From contig CAVWWD010000008.1 of the NCBI GenBank assembly GCA_963758635.1, positions 907,215-971,214 on the forward strand: 64,000 bases of DNA, written 5' to 3'. The notes beneath the pieces were generated by a model, which did no database searches, had not been told where the DNA came from, and saw only the letters and a program-made list of their open reading frames with translations. The DNA comes from an uncultured Candidatus Rokubacteria bacterium. GTDB lineage: Bacteria; Methylomirabilota; Methylomirabilia; Rokubacteriales; CSP1-6. The translations under genes were made by a program, and so were the position numbers. The first letter of the stretch is position 1; each line of letters opens with the position of its first letter. Of this stretch, positions 45,730-55,198 are shown piece by piece.

Positions 45730-47032
45730 ATGGCGCAACCGGGACCGCTACGGGCTGCCGCTTTCCACGGCGTCGGCCGTGGCGGCCGAGCGGTACCAGG
45801 AGGGCATGGATCGCCTCCTCGCCTACGGCCCGGAGGCGGACGAGCGGTTCGCCGCGGCCGCGACCGCCGATCCCGACTTCGCGCTGGCCCACGCCGGCGT
45901 GGCGCTCTGCGCCTTCGTCCGCGGGGACGGGCCCACGGCGCGCGCCGCGCTAGAACAGGCGCGCGAGCGCGTCGGCGGCTGGCGACCGCCGCGAGCGCCA
46001 GCACGTGGCAGGCGCTGGGCGCGCTGCTCGGCGGCGAGACGGCGCGCGGGCTCGGCCTGGTGGACGAGCACCTGAAGGAGTTCCCGCGGGACGCCCTGCT
46101 GGTGAACCAGGCGAGCAGCAGCATCGGCTTCGCGGGCGGCGCGGATCGCGAGGAGCACCGTCGCGCGTTCGTCGAGCGGCTGGCGCCCGCGCTACGGGGA
46201 CGACTGGTGGTATCAGTCCGCGCTCGCGTTCACGTACCACGAGGTGGGACGGCTCGAGGAGTCGCGCGTCCTGTCCGAGCGCTCGCTGGCCCAGCATCCG
46301 GGCAACGCCAACGCCAGCCACAACATCGCCCACGTGATGTTCGAGACGGCCAGCCACGACGAGGGCGCGGCGTTCCTGTCCGACTGGCTCCGCGACTACG
46401 ACCGGCGGGCGTCCTTCCACTGCCACCTCGTCTGGCACCTGGCGCTCTTCGAGCTCCAGCGCGGAGACTCGGCGCGCTCGCTCCAGATCTTCGACCGGGA
46501 CATGGTGGGCTCGTCGAATGCCCGCCTCACCGTGATCGACGGCGCCGCGCTCCTGTGGCGGTTCGTCCTGTACGGGTGTCCGGAGACGCCGCTGCCGTGG
46601 CGCCCGCTCGCCGAGCTGGCGCCGAGCATCGCGCGGCCCGGCTTCGTGTTCGGCGACATCCACGTGGCCCTCGTCTACGCGGCCACCGGCGACCACGCCG
46701 CGCTCGCCAAGCTGATCGCGGGGCTGGAGGCCCTCCACGCCAAGGGCCATCCGGTGGCGGGCACGGTGGCGCTGCCCATGGTGAAGGGCGCGGCGGCGTT
46801 CGCCGCCGGCGACTACACCGGCACGCTCGACCACCTCGTGCCGGTCGCCCCGGAGATGCACCGGGTCGGCGGGAGCCACGCGCAGTGGGAGCTGTTCGAG
46901 GAGACGATCGTCGCCGCCTACCTGCGGCTCGGGAGGACCGAGGACGCGCTCCGCCTCCTGCGGCGGCGCCTCGAGCATCGGTCCGCGCCGCGCGACCTCG
47001 CCTGGCTCGCCCAGGCCGAAGCCGCGCGCTGA
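45730..47032 (+). CDS. tetratricopeptide repeat protein 38 (TTC38) family protein, broken by about four +1 slips
   Basis: ATG 45730, then slips at ~45739, ~45980, ~46011 and ~46190. These link the pieces of ORFs 45368..46075, 45730..47529 and 46244..47032. The reading is ..RDRYGLPLSTASAVAAERYQEG.., DRRERQHVA, ALGALLGGETARG..FPRDALLVNQ.., YGDDWWYQSALAFTYHE.., HCHLVWHLALFELQRGD. Confidence 0.7.
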
Positions 47033-47061
47033 CCCCGCGCCACCCCGGCGAGGCGCCCGCC

Positions 47062-47529
47062 GTGGCCGATCCGCTCCGCGACCTCCTCGACCGGGCCGAG
47101 CTCGAGGAGCTGATGAACCGCTACGCGTCGAGCATCGACGGGCGCGATTGGCCGCGGCTCCGCACGGTGTTCCTGGACGAGATCGAGGCGGACTTCACGA
47201 GCATGGGCGTGAAGCAGCCGTTCCGGGGCACGGCCGACGAGTGGGTCGAGCGCGTACGGCAGACCATCACCGGCTTCGACGCCACCCAGCACTTCTTCGC
47301 CAACCACTCGGCCGAGATCGACGCCGATCGTGCCATCGACACCCGCTACATGCAGGCGCGCCACGACCTCGGCGACAGCCACTACACGATCGGCGGCTAC
47401 TACACCGGACACATGACGCGGACCCCGGCGGGCTGGCGCATCGCCCGCTACACGCTCACCGTGGCTTTCCACGACGGGGACCGCCGGCTCATGGGCATCG
47501 CCTACCGGAAGGCGACCGGCCGCGCCTGA
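47062..47529 (+). CDS. SnoaL-like / NTF2-fold protein
   Basis: Tail of ORF 45730..47529 from GTG 47062: ADPLRDLLDRAELEELMNRYASSIDGRDWPRLRTVF.. Confidence 0.75.
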   Translation: MADPLRDLLDRAELEELMNRYASSIDGRDWPRLRTVFLDEIEADFTSMGVKQPFRGTADEWVERVRQTITGFDATQHFFANHSAEIDADRAIDTRYMQARHDLGDSHYTIGGYYTGHMTRTPAGWRIARYTLTVAFHDGDRRLMGIAYRKATGRA

Positions 47530-47563
47530 CTTGCTCGCGCCGCCAGACGCCGCCCGGCGCCGG

Positions 47564-48338
47564 CTAGCGGCCCTTTGAACTTCGGCTCGCGCTTCTCGAG
47601 GAAGGCGCGGATCGCCTCCGCGGTGTCCTCGGTGCCGGAGTTCACGGTCTGGGCCATGCCCTCGGCCTCGAGCGCCTCGTCGAGGCTCATCGAGAACGCG
47701 TTGGTGAGCAGGCGCTTGGTCATGGCCAGGGCGAGCGGCGGGCCGGCGGCGAGGCGACCGGCCCAGTCGGCGACGAAGGCGTCCAGCTCGCCGGCCGGTA
47801 CCACGCGGTTCACGAGGCCCATCTCCGCCGCCTCCTTGGCGGAGATGATGTCGGCGAGCAGCGCCAGCTCCTTCGCCCGGTGCATGCCGACCAGCCGCGG
47901 CAGGAGCCAGGAGCCGCCGAAGTCGATGCTGAGCCCGCGACGCGCGAAGATCTCCGAGAAGCGCGCGGTCTCCGAGGCCACGATCAGGTCGCAGCCGAGC
48001 GCCATGTTCATGCCCGCGCCCACGGCCACGCCGTTCACCTTGGCGATCGTCGGCTTCGGGATGCGATGCAGGGCGAGCGCGATGTCGGCCACCCAGTGCA
48101 GGCGGGTGAGGGTATGACGGGTGTCGCTGCCGCGGTCGCCGAGGTCGGCGCCCGAGCAGAAGGCGTCGCCGGCGCCGGTGATCACGAGGACCCGGTCGGT
48201 CGGGGTGGCGTCCACCTCGCGGAACACCGCGAGCAGCTCGTCGAACATCATCCGGTTCATCGCGTTCTTCTTCTCGGGGCGGTTGAGCGTCAGCGTCACC
48301 ACCCCGTTGGGCGCGCGGTCCAGGCGAACGGTCTCCAT
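47564..48338 (-). CDS. enoyl-CoA hydratase/isomerase (crotonase) family protein
   Basis: ORF 47502..48338. Sequence: ITGAGDAFCSGADL, KVNGVAVGAGMNMALGCD. Dropping one nt at ~47570-47573 gives the usual ending ..EPKFKGR* (stop 47564) instead of the tracked extension into the neighbouring gene. Confidence 0.9.
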
Positions 48339-48408
48339 GTCAGTCCTCCTCGGCCGCGTATGCTAGCATGCCGACGGCAGTGACATCAGCGCAGAGGGTG
48401 CGGGGGAA

Positions 48409-48486
48409 TGGCGAGGGCCCGCGTGTGTACGCAGAATCGCGGTGGCGCCCCGCGTGGCGGAGTCAACAACCGCATTGCTTCACAAC
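48409..48486 (+). repeat. family F2 leader-type element, copy B
   Basis: TGGCGAGGGCCCGCGTGTGTACGCAGAATCGCGGTGGCGCCCCGCGTGGCGGAGTCAACAACCGCATTGCTTCACAAC. It ends 18 nt before ATG 48505. Confidence 0.75.
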
Positions 48487-48504
48487 CCGAACGGGAGGAT
48501 CGCG

Positions 48505-48846
48505 ATGCCAACGTTCCGGCTCTACACGGGGAGCGACGGTCAGTCGCACGTCGAGCCCATCGACCTCGCGAAGACAGCGGACTGGACGAAGGGCCTGGCC
48601 ACCACGCAGATCGCGTTCCGCGAGGATGCCGTGGGGCGTTTCATCGACTGGCACCCGGCGCCGCGCCGGCAGTTCGTCATCATCCTGTCCGGGCAGCTCG
48701 ACATCGGCCTCGGCGACGGCTCCCACCACATCTTCGGCCCGGGCGACGCGCGCCTGGTCGAGGACACGACGGGCAAGGGCCACACCACGCGCGTGCACGG
48801 CAACCAGCCGTGCGTGACCGCCACGATTCCGCTCGCCCAGCAGTGA
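48505..48846 (+). CDS. small cupin-like protein (paralogue of 42489..42839)
   Basis: ORF 48442..48846. The preferred start is ATG 48505 after GGGAGGA. Sequence: MPTFRLYTGSDGQSH..IDWHPAPRRQFVIILSG..LVEDTTGKGH. Confidence 0.75.
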   Translation: MPTFRLYTGSDGQSHVEPIDLAKTADWTKGLATTQIAFREDAVGRFIDWHPAPRRQFVIILSGQLDIGLGDGSHHIFGPGDARLVEDTTGKGHTTRVHGNQPCVTATIPLAQQ

Positions 48847-48896
48847 CCGGGCGACCGCCGAGCGCCCCCGGAAGGAGTTCCTGAAAGGAGCCCACG

Positions 48897-49862
48897 ATGC
48901 CGAAGATCCTGTTCGCGCCCACGCAAGCCGCACCCGTCCTCGACCTCGCGAAGCCCATGGTCCCGCCCGGGTTCGAGCTGGTGGTGGCCAACATCGGCAC
49001 CCCGGAGTTCTACAAGGCCGCCGCCGACGCCGAGTACTACCTGGGCCTCGCCCGCCAGATGGGCGGCGAGTTCTTCCGCTCCGCGCCGAACCTGAAGCTG
49101 GTGCAGCTCCTGAGCGCGGGCTACGACCACGTGGACGTCGAGGCGGCGCGCAAGGCCGGCGTGCCCGTGTGCAACAACGGCGGCGCCAACGCCATCGCGG
49201 TGGCCGAGCACACGCTCCTGCTCACCCTCGCCGTGCTGAAGCGGCTCGTGAAGTTCCACAACGACGTGGTCGCCGGGCAGTGGCGGAAGACCGAGCCGGG
49301 CGAGCAGCGGGTGCACGAGCTGGCAGGGCGCACGGTGGGGATCATCGGCCTCGGCAACATCGGCAAGAAGGTGGCGCGGCGCATGGCCGCCTTCGACGCG
49401 GACGTCCAGTACTACGACATCCACCGCCTGACCGAGGACCAGGAGGACGCCCTCGGCGTGCGCTTCGTGCTGCTGCCCGAGCTGCTGCGGACCTCCGACG
49501 TCGTGAGCCTGCACGTGCCGCTGGACGACTCGACGCGCAAGATGATCGGCGCCGACCAGCTCGCGCTCATGCCGCCGACGGCGATCCTCGTGAACACGTG
49601 CCGCGGTCCGGTCGTGGACGAGGACGCGCTCCACGCCGCGCTCCGCGACAAGCGCATCCTGGCCGCGGGCCTCGACGTGATGGTGGAGGAGCCGCCGAAG
49701 CCGAACCACCCGCTGTTCAGCCTGCCCAACGTGACGCTCACGCCGCACAGCGCGGGGCCGACGTGGGAGAACTGGACGGCGCGGTTCCGGAACGGGTTCG
49801 ACAACATCCAGCGCGTGGCGGCGGGCCGCCCGCCGAAGTGGGTCATCCCCGAGCTGACCTGA
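48897..49862 (+). CDS. D-isomer-specific 2-hydroxyacid dehydrogenase family protein
   Basis: ORF 48897..49862. Sequence: GIIGLGNIGKKVARR, NTCRGPVVDEDALHAALRDKRILAAGLDVMVEEP, LTPHSAG. Confidence 0.9.
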   Translation: MPKILFAPTQAAPVLDLAKPMVPPGFELVVANIGTPEFYKAAADAEYYLGLARQMGGEFFRSAPNLKLVQLLSAGYDHVDVEAARKAGVPVCNNGGANAIAVAEHTLLLTLAVLKRLVKFHNDVVAGQWRKTEPGEQRVHELAGRTVGIIGLGNIGKKVARRMAAFDADVQYYDIHRLTEDQEDALGVRFVLLPELLRTSDVVSLHVPLDDSTRKMIGADQLALMPPTAILVNTCRGPVVDEDALHAALRDKRILAAGLDVMVEEPPKPNHPLFSLPNVTLTPHSAGPTWENWTARFRNGFDNIQRVAAGRPPKWVIPELT

Positions 49863-49888
49863 TCGCGGTGCACGGGGACCTCGGCGCC

Positions 49889-49923
49889 GGGTGCGGGCGG
49901 GCGAAGCCCGGGCGCCCGCACCT
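49889..49923. repeat. REP-like GC hairpin (copy 2 of 2; see 11831-11865)
   Basis: GGGTGCGGGCGGGCGAAGCCCGGGCGCCCGCACCT, directly 3' of the dehydrogenase stop (49862). Confidence 0.7.
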
Positions 49924-49928
49924 GGTAA

Positions 49929-50870
49929 CTAGCGGCCCAGCAGCCAGTCGCCCAGGGCGTCCCGCGCCTCCGGGCTGAGGCCCGCGCTGCCGGCCATGCG
50001 CGCCGCCTCGTCGCGGGAGGTCCCGCCGGGGTCGGGCGGGGGGACGTGGGGGGCGCGGGTGGCCGGGTCGAACACCCAGGCCCACAGGCGCTGGAAGACC
50101 ACGTCGGCGCTGGCCGCTTGCCCCTCCTGGCCCAGACGCGCGATCAGCCGTACCATGCCGCCGGCCAGATCACGCAGGGGATGGGTCTGCGCGGGGTCGG
50201 GCGCGCCCATGTAGTGGGCGACGACGTTCCGGCGCTCCATGGCGGGCGCCGCGTCGTTGCCGAGGTACCCGCCCATCGCGCGCATCACTTCCGGATCGCG
50301 GAAGATGCCGCGGTCCTGCTGCACGGCGAGCCGGAAGAAGACGATGCCCGGCGGAGGGGCCTGCGCGATCATGGCGGCCACCCGCGGCGCCTCCACGCGC
50401 AGGTCGGGGCCGAGCGTGGCGGCGAAGCGCCGCACACCCTGCCAGATCTCCGCCGACCGCGGCCCGCCGCCCAGGAACTCGATCTGGTCCGCCGGCCCCG
50501 CGCGGTTCGCGTCCAGCGCCAGCACGAGCTCCTCGCCGACCCGCGTTGGCAGCCAGTCCTGGAGCCCGAGCGCGCCGGCCTCCCGTCCCTCGCCGCGCGC
50601 GCCCGTGATCACGAACGAGCGCGGTTCACCGGGGGAAGGATCTCCCGCGCCTCGAGGGTGACCTGGTAGGGGACGACGAAGATGCCGGGCACGTGCGACT
50701 CGCGGCGCGCCGGCGTCTGGACGACGGAGGTGGCCACGAACCATCCGACGTGGGGACGGCCGGCGAAGATCGGCCGCGATCCGAGGGCCGGACGTCGCCG
50801 GTCCGGGCTCAGCGTGATCCGTCATCGCCAGCACTCCTGTGAGGACGACCAGAGCCACGGCCGCGCGCAT
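49929..50870 (-). CDS. secreted hypothetical protein (signal peptide), with a compensated +1/-1 slip pair
   Basis: ORF 49929..50870 (GAGGAG RBS) begins MRAAVALVVLTGVLA. The stretch RRPSPRRMVRGHLRRPDAG.. reads PIFAGRPHVGWFVATSVVQTPARRESHVPGIFVVPYQVTLEAREILPP in the +1 frame between ~50785 and ~50627. No family was recognised. Confidence 0.6.
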   Translation of the reverse strand: MRAAVALVVLTGVLAMTDHAEPGPATSGPRIAADLRRPSPRRMVRGHLRRPDAGAPRVARARHLRRPLPGHPRGAGDPSPGEPRSFVITGARGEGREAGALGLQDWLPTRVGEELVLALDANRAGPADQIEFLGGGPRSAEIWQGVRRFAATLGPDLRVEAPRVAAMIAQAPPPGIVFFRLAVQQDRGIFRDPEVMRAMGGYLGNDAAPAMERRNVVAHYMGAPDPAQTHPLRDLAGGMVRLIARLGQEGQAASADVVFQRLWAWVFDPATRAPHVPPPDPGGTSRDEAARMAGSAGLSPEARDALGDWLLGR

Positions 50871-50890
50871 GCTCGCTCCTCGTCACCGGA

Positions 50891-50971
50891 GCTGCGAAGA
50901 AATGCGGGTGTCGACTTCGCCGAGCGGGCAAGCATCGCGATTCTGCGTACACACGCTGAGCCGTCTCGCCA
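50891..50971 (-). repeat. family F2 leader-type element, copy C
   Basis: The minus sense reads TGGCGAGACGGCTCAGCGTGTGTACGCAGAATCGCGATGCTTGCCCGCTCGGCGAAGTCGACACCCGCATTTCTTCGCAGC. It ends 20 nt before ATG 50870. Confidence 0.75.
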
Positions 50972-50984
50972 TTCCTTCAGAAAC

Positions 50985-53309
50985 TCACTGCGCATCGATG
51001 CCCCGCGAGGAGCGTGGTGGCGGCCGGACCTCCATGGCCTGGATCACCGGTGTCGTTCCCGGGCTGTGGTCGACGTTGGTCGCCGTGATGGTCCCGGCGG
51101 CGCCGGTCGACTGCAGCACGAAGTTCGGCCCGACCCGCGCCACGTTGAACGTCGCGCTGACCGTCCACTGCGTCTCCGCGATGACCGTGAAGGTGCGGAA
51201 GCCCACCGAGTTCGCACGGTGGGCGTGGGCGGCGCGCCGCCCGTGGTGTTGGTCCAGGCCACCACGAAGGTCGTGGAGCTCCAGGTCGTGGACGAACGAC
51301 TGGAGCTGCGTGGCCCGGCCGGGTCCGGATGGTTCCGGTCGTGGAACCAGCCGGGGCTGTCCCGGGCGATGAGCGTGCGCTTGACACCGATGGCCTGGCG
51401 GCAGGGTGGCCGTGACCTGGGAGCGGGAGAACGTGATGTTCTCCCCGCCGAGGTCGGGATTCGTCCGCCCCGTGTCGAGCAGCGACGGCGGAAACGCGAT
51501 GAGGTTCGGGGCGGCGTCGGTCGCCACGAAGACCGGGATGCCCTGGACCACGGGCCCGGTGGCCGCGCCGAGGTTGTCGACCTGGCGCCGCCGGGCCACC
51601 GAGCCGTCGGCGTAGGTGCCCGCGTAGTTGAACTGCGTGAAGTTGTTGGCCCAGCCGAGTGAACACCCGGTCGACCCCGCGCAGGCCGTCGGCGCCGCCC
51701 CCCACGAGGAGCACGTCGGCATCGAGGGCCACGCCCGCCGTGGCCTGGGAGGCGAAGTCCCCGTGCCGATGCTGACGAAGTTGAAGTTGGGCTGGCTCTG
51801 GCCCCCGGTGTCGAACGTGATGCTGAGGTTGCCCGGGTTGGCCACGCTGCGCAGCTCGGTGGCCGCGTTGGCGATGCTGCCCTCCACCATGGCCACGGGC
51901 AGGATGATGCCGGGCTCGTCGTCGTCGCGCGTGGTGTTGCCGTTGAGGTCCACGAAGGCGAGCACGAAGAACGACCCGCGATCGTTGGGCATGAGCGTCG
52001 CGGTGTTCGGGCCCGTGGCGGCGAGGAGCGGGATGCCCGTGCCCACCGCCTGCGCGTCGTCGGTGGCGCGCTTGATCTCCCACGCGATCTGCGCGCCCGG
52101 GGGGACCGTCTCGGCCTCGAGCCGGATCGGCCCTTCGCCGTTGCGCATCACGACGAGCGCGCTCGGCATCGCGAAGTCGGCCGGGGCGAAGGCCAGCGGG
52201 CCGACGGGTAGCGCCTTGGCGGACTCGAAGGTCAGGTCCACGGGGTTCGGCCAGGCGTTGGCCACCGCGGCCGGGGCGGCGCGCAGCGTGTTGGGCGGCG
52301 TGGACGGCAGCGTGGCCTTGATCTTCACGATCTGGGCCACCGGCGGCGTCGGCTTCTCGCACGGCGAGCCGGTGGTGAGCCGGTGATAGAAGCGGCAGGC
52401 GAAGGTGTCCTGGGTGGCCTCGAAGGTGCGCGGCTCCGCGGGCAGGCGCGGGTGCGCCGCTGCTCGCCGTCGGACCAGAAGCGCTTGAGGCAGCCCGCCA
52501 CGCCTTCCCGCGCGCGCGGACACGGCCAGCGGGCCGGCTCGACCTTGGTGCCCCGGCGGAAGAGGAGCACCATCACCCGGCGGTTCGGCGCGTTCTCGGC
52601 GTTCCGCTCGGTCTTGTCCGCGGCGGCGTCGAAGCGCTGCTGGTCCTGCTGCGAGAAGAGCAGGAGCGGGTTGAACTCGCTGCACCCCTGGAAGTCGCCC
52701 TTGCCGCCGCTGTCGGCGCCCCGGGCGAGGAAGTCCGTCTTCTGGAGCTTCAGCTCGGGGCCGCACAGCTTGTCCATGTAGCGAGAGGTACAGGGCGCTG
52801 CGCTGCCCGGCGTTGCCCTGCGGGCCGGACACGTCGGGCGCGCCGCCTCCGGGAGGCGGGCCGTTCACCTCGGTGTGCATGGTGCGGAGCGCCGGGGTGC
52901 CCCACACGTCGCCGGAGTCCGGCTTGGAGAAGAGCTCCTCCCACATCGCGGTGTCGCGGATGAGCATGCCGTAGATGGCCATGGCGCGCCGTCCGCTGAG
53001 CCGCTTGTTGAGGTCGTCGGAGCCGACGGGGTCGGCGTGGCCGAACACGGACAGCGGGGCTCCCGGGTGCTCCTTGATGAGCTGGGCGAGGTGGCCCAGC
53101 TCGGCCTTCACCGCGGGCGTGACGAACGACGAGCCGAACGCGAAGCGGATGTCGTCCACGCGCCAGCACGCGACGGGGATGATGCCGGCGACGATCGTGT
53201 TGAACTCGTCGGCGGTGGCCGGCCCCACGAGGGCGGGCGGCACGTCGATGACGACGTGGCGCCCGGCCACGCCGCCCGCCATGGGCCGCGTCGCGGGAGG
53301 ATCAGCCAT
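50985..53309 (-). CDS. large OmpA-like peptidoglycan-associated protein with a Cys-rich linker and beta-rich C-terminal region; at least 8 internal slips
   Basis: ORF 50985..53309. The OmpA-type core is FAFGSSFVTP..LSVFGHADPVGSDDLNKRLSGRRAMAIY, and its closing strand NAPNRRVMVLLF is found only in ORF 52325..52777. My reconstruction needs slips at 52781(+), ~52437(-), ~51760(-), 51660(+), 51392(+), ~51314(-), 51269(+) and ~51215(-). Confidence 0.65.
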   Translation of the reverse strand: MADPPATRPMAGGVAGRHVVIDVPPALVGPATADEFNTIVAGIIPVACWRVDDIRFAFGSSFVTPAVKAELGHLAQLIKEHPGAPLSVFGHADPVGSDDLNKRLSGRRAMAIYGMLIRDTAMWEELFSKPDSGDVWGTPALRTMHTEVNGPPPGGGAPDVSGPQGNAGQRSALYLSLHGQAVRPRAEAPEDGLPRPGRRQRRQGRLPGVQRVQPAPALLAAGPAALRRRRGQDRAERRERAEPPGDGAPLPPGHQGRAGPLAVSARAGRRGGLPQALLVRRRAAAHPRLPAEPRTFEATQDTFACRFYHRLTTGSPCEKPTPPVAQIVKIKATLPSTPPNTLRAAPAAVANAWPNPVDLTFESAKALPVGPLAFAPADFAMPSALVVMRNGEGPIRLEAETVPPGAQIAWEIKRATDDAQAVGTGIPLLAATGPNTATLMPNDRGSFFVLAFVDLNGNTTRDDDEPGIILPVAMVEGSIANAATELRSVANPGNLSITFDTGGQSQPNFNFVSIGTGTSPPRPRRAWPSMPTCSSWGAAPTACAGSTGCSLGWANNFTQFNYAGTYADGSVARRRQVDNLGAATGPVVQGIPVFVATDAAPNLIAFPPSLLDTGRTNPDLGGENITFSRSQVTATLPPGHRCQAHAHRPGQPRLVPRPEPSGPGRATQLQSFVHDLELHDLRGGLDQHHGRRAAHAHRANSVGFRTFTVIAETQWTVSATFNVARVGPNFVLQSTGAAGTITATNVDHSPGTTPVIQAMEVRPPPRSSRGIDAQ

Positions 53310-53351
53310 GGGTGGGCGCCGGGGCCGGCCCCGCCGCCGAGGCGCCGAGGA

Positions 53352-54002
53352 TCAGCACCCGTGCACGCTCTTGAGCTTCGCCTGGGTGAGCGGGCCGCAG
53401 ACCCGTCCACGCCGAGCGCGTGGTCGCACTGGAACTCCTCGACGGCGAGACGGAAGAGCGGGCTGTCCTTGCCGTCGGCGGGCGCGGGGAAGTAGCCGAG
53501 GTTCGTCGAGCCGGGCCTGCTGGCCGGTGACCTCTTCCACCGGATCGAGATGGCCGATCCTGATCGCCACCACCAGCTTGTCGAGCGCGGTCTCGGGCGT
53601 CGTGAGCACGAGGCGCCCCTGGCCGGCCGCGGCCGGGATGTCCTGCTCGATCTTCCCCTTGCCGTCGGTGGTGTGCTTGAAGATCTGGCCGTCGATCGTG
53701 AGCTCGCACGGCGCGTTCCCGATGGGCCGCTCGTACTGGTCCTCGACGACGATCCGCAGCTTGAGGTTGGGCACCTTGACCTGGAACCGGTGCCGCTGGT
53801 CGGTGGGCCGCGACTCCTCCTTCGGCTCGCGGTCGGGCACGAAGACGTCGTCGCCGGGGTGGAGGACGTTCGGGTTCTTCCGCTTCGCCTTCAGCGCGGC
53901 GTTCTGGCCGTGGTCCCAGATCGTGCGGTAGTCCTTGAAGCCGTACTTCTCGGCGATCTGGCTGAGGTGCTCGCCCTGGACGACGATGTGGTGGCTCGCC
54001 AT
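53352..54002 (-). CDS. LysM domain / PG_binding_1 domain protein, with a compensated +1/-1 slip pair
   Basis: ORF 53352..54002 (GAGAGGA RBS). The LysM domain is HIVVQGEHLSQIAEKYGFKDYRTIWDHGQNAALKAKRKNPNVLHPGD. The C-terminus becomes a canonical PG-binding repeat, QQARLDNLGYFPAPADGKDSPLFRLAVEEFQCDHALGVDG-CGPLTQAKL, after correcting 53504(+) and ~53401-53404(-). Confidence 0.8.
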   Translation of the reverse strand: MASHHIVVQGEHLSQIAEKYGFKDYRTIWDHGQNAALKAKRKNPNVLHPGDDVFVPDREPKEESRPTDQRHRFQVKVPNLKLRIVVEDQYERPIGNAPCELTIDGQIFKHTTDGKGKIEQDIPAAAGQGRLVLTTPETALDKLVVAIRIGHLDPVEEVTGQQARLDEPRLLPRARRRQGQPALPSRRRGVPVRPRARRGRVCGPLTQAKLKSVHGC

Positions 54003-54083
54003 GGTGGGTGTCCTCTCGCGGCTACCCGTCGACGGTCATGCTCAGCCCCGCGAGGACGGCGTCAAGCGGACGGGGCGGCGCGG

Positions 54084-55198
54084 CTACCGCGCGGCGCTCG
54101 TGGCCGCGTGACGCGAGAACCGGGGCATCACCTGGGTGGCGAGCAGCTCCATGGATCGCCGCCAGAGCGCGGGCTGGTCCCAGTCGTGGCCCGCCCATGA
54201 GGAGCGTGCCGAAGTGGCCGACCTCGTCGCGCAGGGCCACGAGCTGGTCGAGCACGCGCCCGGGGCTGCCCGCGATCACGAGGCCGCGCTTGACGTCGTC
54301 CACCGTGACGTCCTCGTCGGGCACCTCGAGGTCCGGCTTGAGCATGAAGAGCGCCTTGCGGCCGCGCGAGAAGCTGTAGTGGAAGAACGTGTAGTAGAAC
54401 GACAGCCCGTTGCCGGGATCGGCCAGGTAGTCCTCGGCCTCGGCGTCGGTCGGGGTCACGAGGATGCTGCGCGAGACGCGCCACACCGAAGGATCGGGCC
54501 GCCGGCCCACCGCCTCGCACCCCTCGACGTAGCGCTCCCAGTGCCCGCGCAGGTACCGCCGGTGGAAGAACTGCCCGGAGATGGGGATCCATCCGCGCTC
54601 GCCCGCGGTGCGCGCGCTCCCGGAGTTCGGGGTCAGGATCGAGAGCGCGATGGGCGGGTGCGGCCGCTGGTACGGCCGCGGCACGTACCCCACCTTGAAC
54701 TCCGGCCAGATGTTGTTCTCGAGCGAGATCTTCCAGAAGCGGCCGTCGATCTTGTACGGCGGGTCCTGGCTCCAGAGCTGGAGGATCGCGTCGATCGACT
54801 CGACCACCATCTGGGGCCGCAGCTCGGCCTGCCCCACGTCGAACATCTCGAGGTCGGAGACCAGCCCGCCCGGCCCGATGCCCATGATGAAGCGGCCGCG
54901 GCACAGGTGGTCGAACATGGCGGCGTGCGCGGCCACGGTGGCCGGATGCATCTGGGGCAGGTTGATGACGCCGCGAGCCGAAGCGGATCCGCTGCGTGCG
55001 CGGCACCAGCGTGGCGAGGAAGATGAGGGGCGACGTGATGCGCTCGCTCCACGAGCTGAAGTGCTCGCCCACGAAGGCCTCGGTGAAGCCCAGGCGGTCG
55101 GCGAGCACGATCGCCTCCTGGTCCTCCTCGAGAATCGTGGCGTAGTCGCGGTCGGGGTGGTGGAACGGCATCGTGAACAGACCGAGGTCGACGCTCAT
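54084..55198 (-). CDS. LLM class flavin/F420-dependent oxidoreductase, split by two +1 slips
   Basis: MSVDLGLFTMPFHHPDRDY..FVGEHF.. (frame of ORF 54128..56458; ATG 55198 overlaps the upstream stop as ATGA) joins ORF 54022..54951 at 54973. At ~54189-54192 it shifts to ..MGG/HDWDQPALWRRSMELLATQVMPRFSRHAATSAAR* (stop 54084). Confidence 0.85.

Noticed and set aside
48406-48430. Sigma-54 (TGGC..N..GC) or ECF-type (GGAAT-N16-18-GT) promoter inside the F2 element.
   Set aside because: The distance between the TGGCGAG/GGAAT block and the downstream GC or GTAC block differs by 3 nt among the copies. It does not fit the fixed -24/-12 or -35/-10 spacing.
48409-48486. Small upstream ORF inside the F2 element (MARARVCTQNR.. 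in copy B, MARRLSVCTQNRDACPLGEVDTRISSQLR* in copy C).
   Set aside because: Copy A has CTG instead of ATG and a 2-nt length difference that changes the frame. Copy B has no nearby stop. Substitutions between copies show no third-position bias. The conservation is therefore at the nucleotide level.
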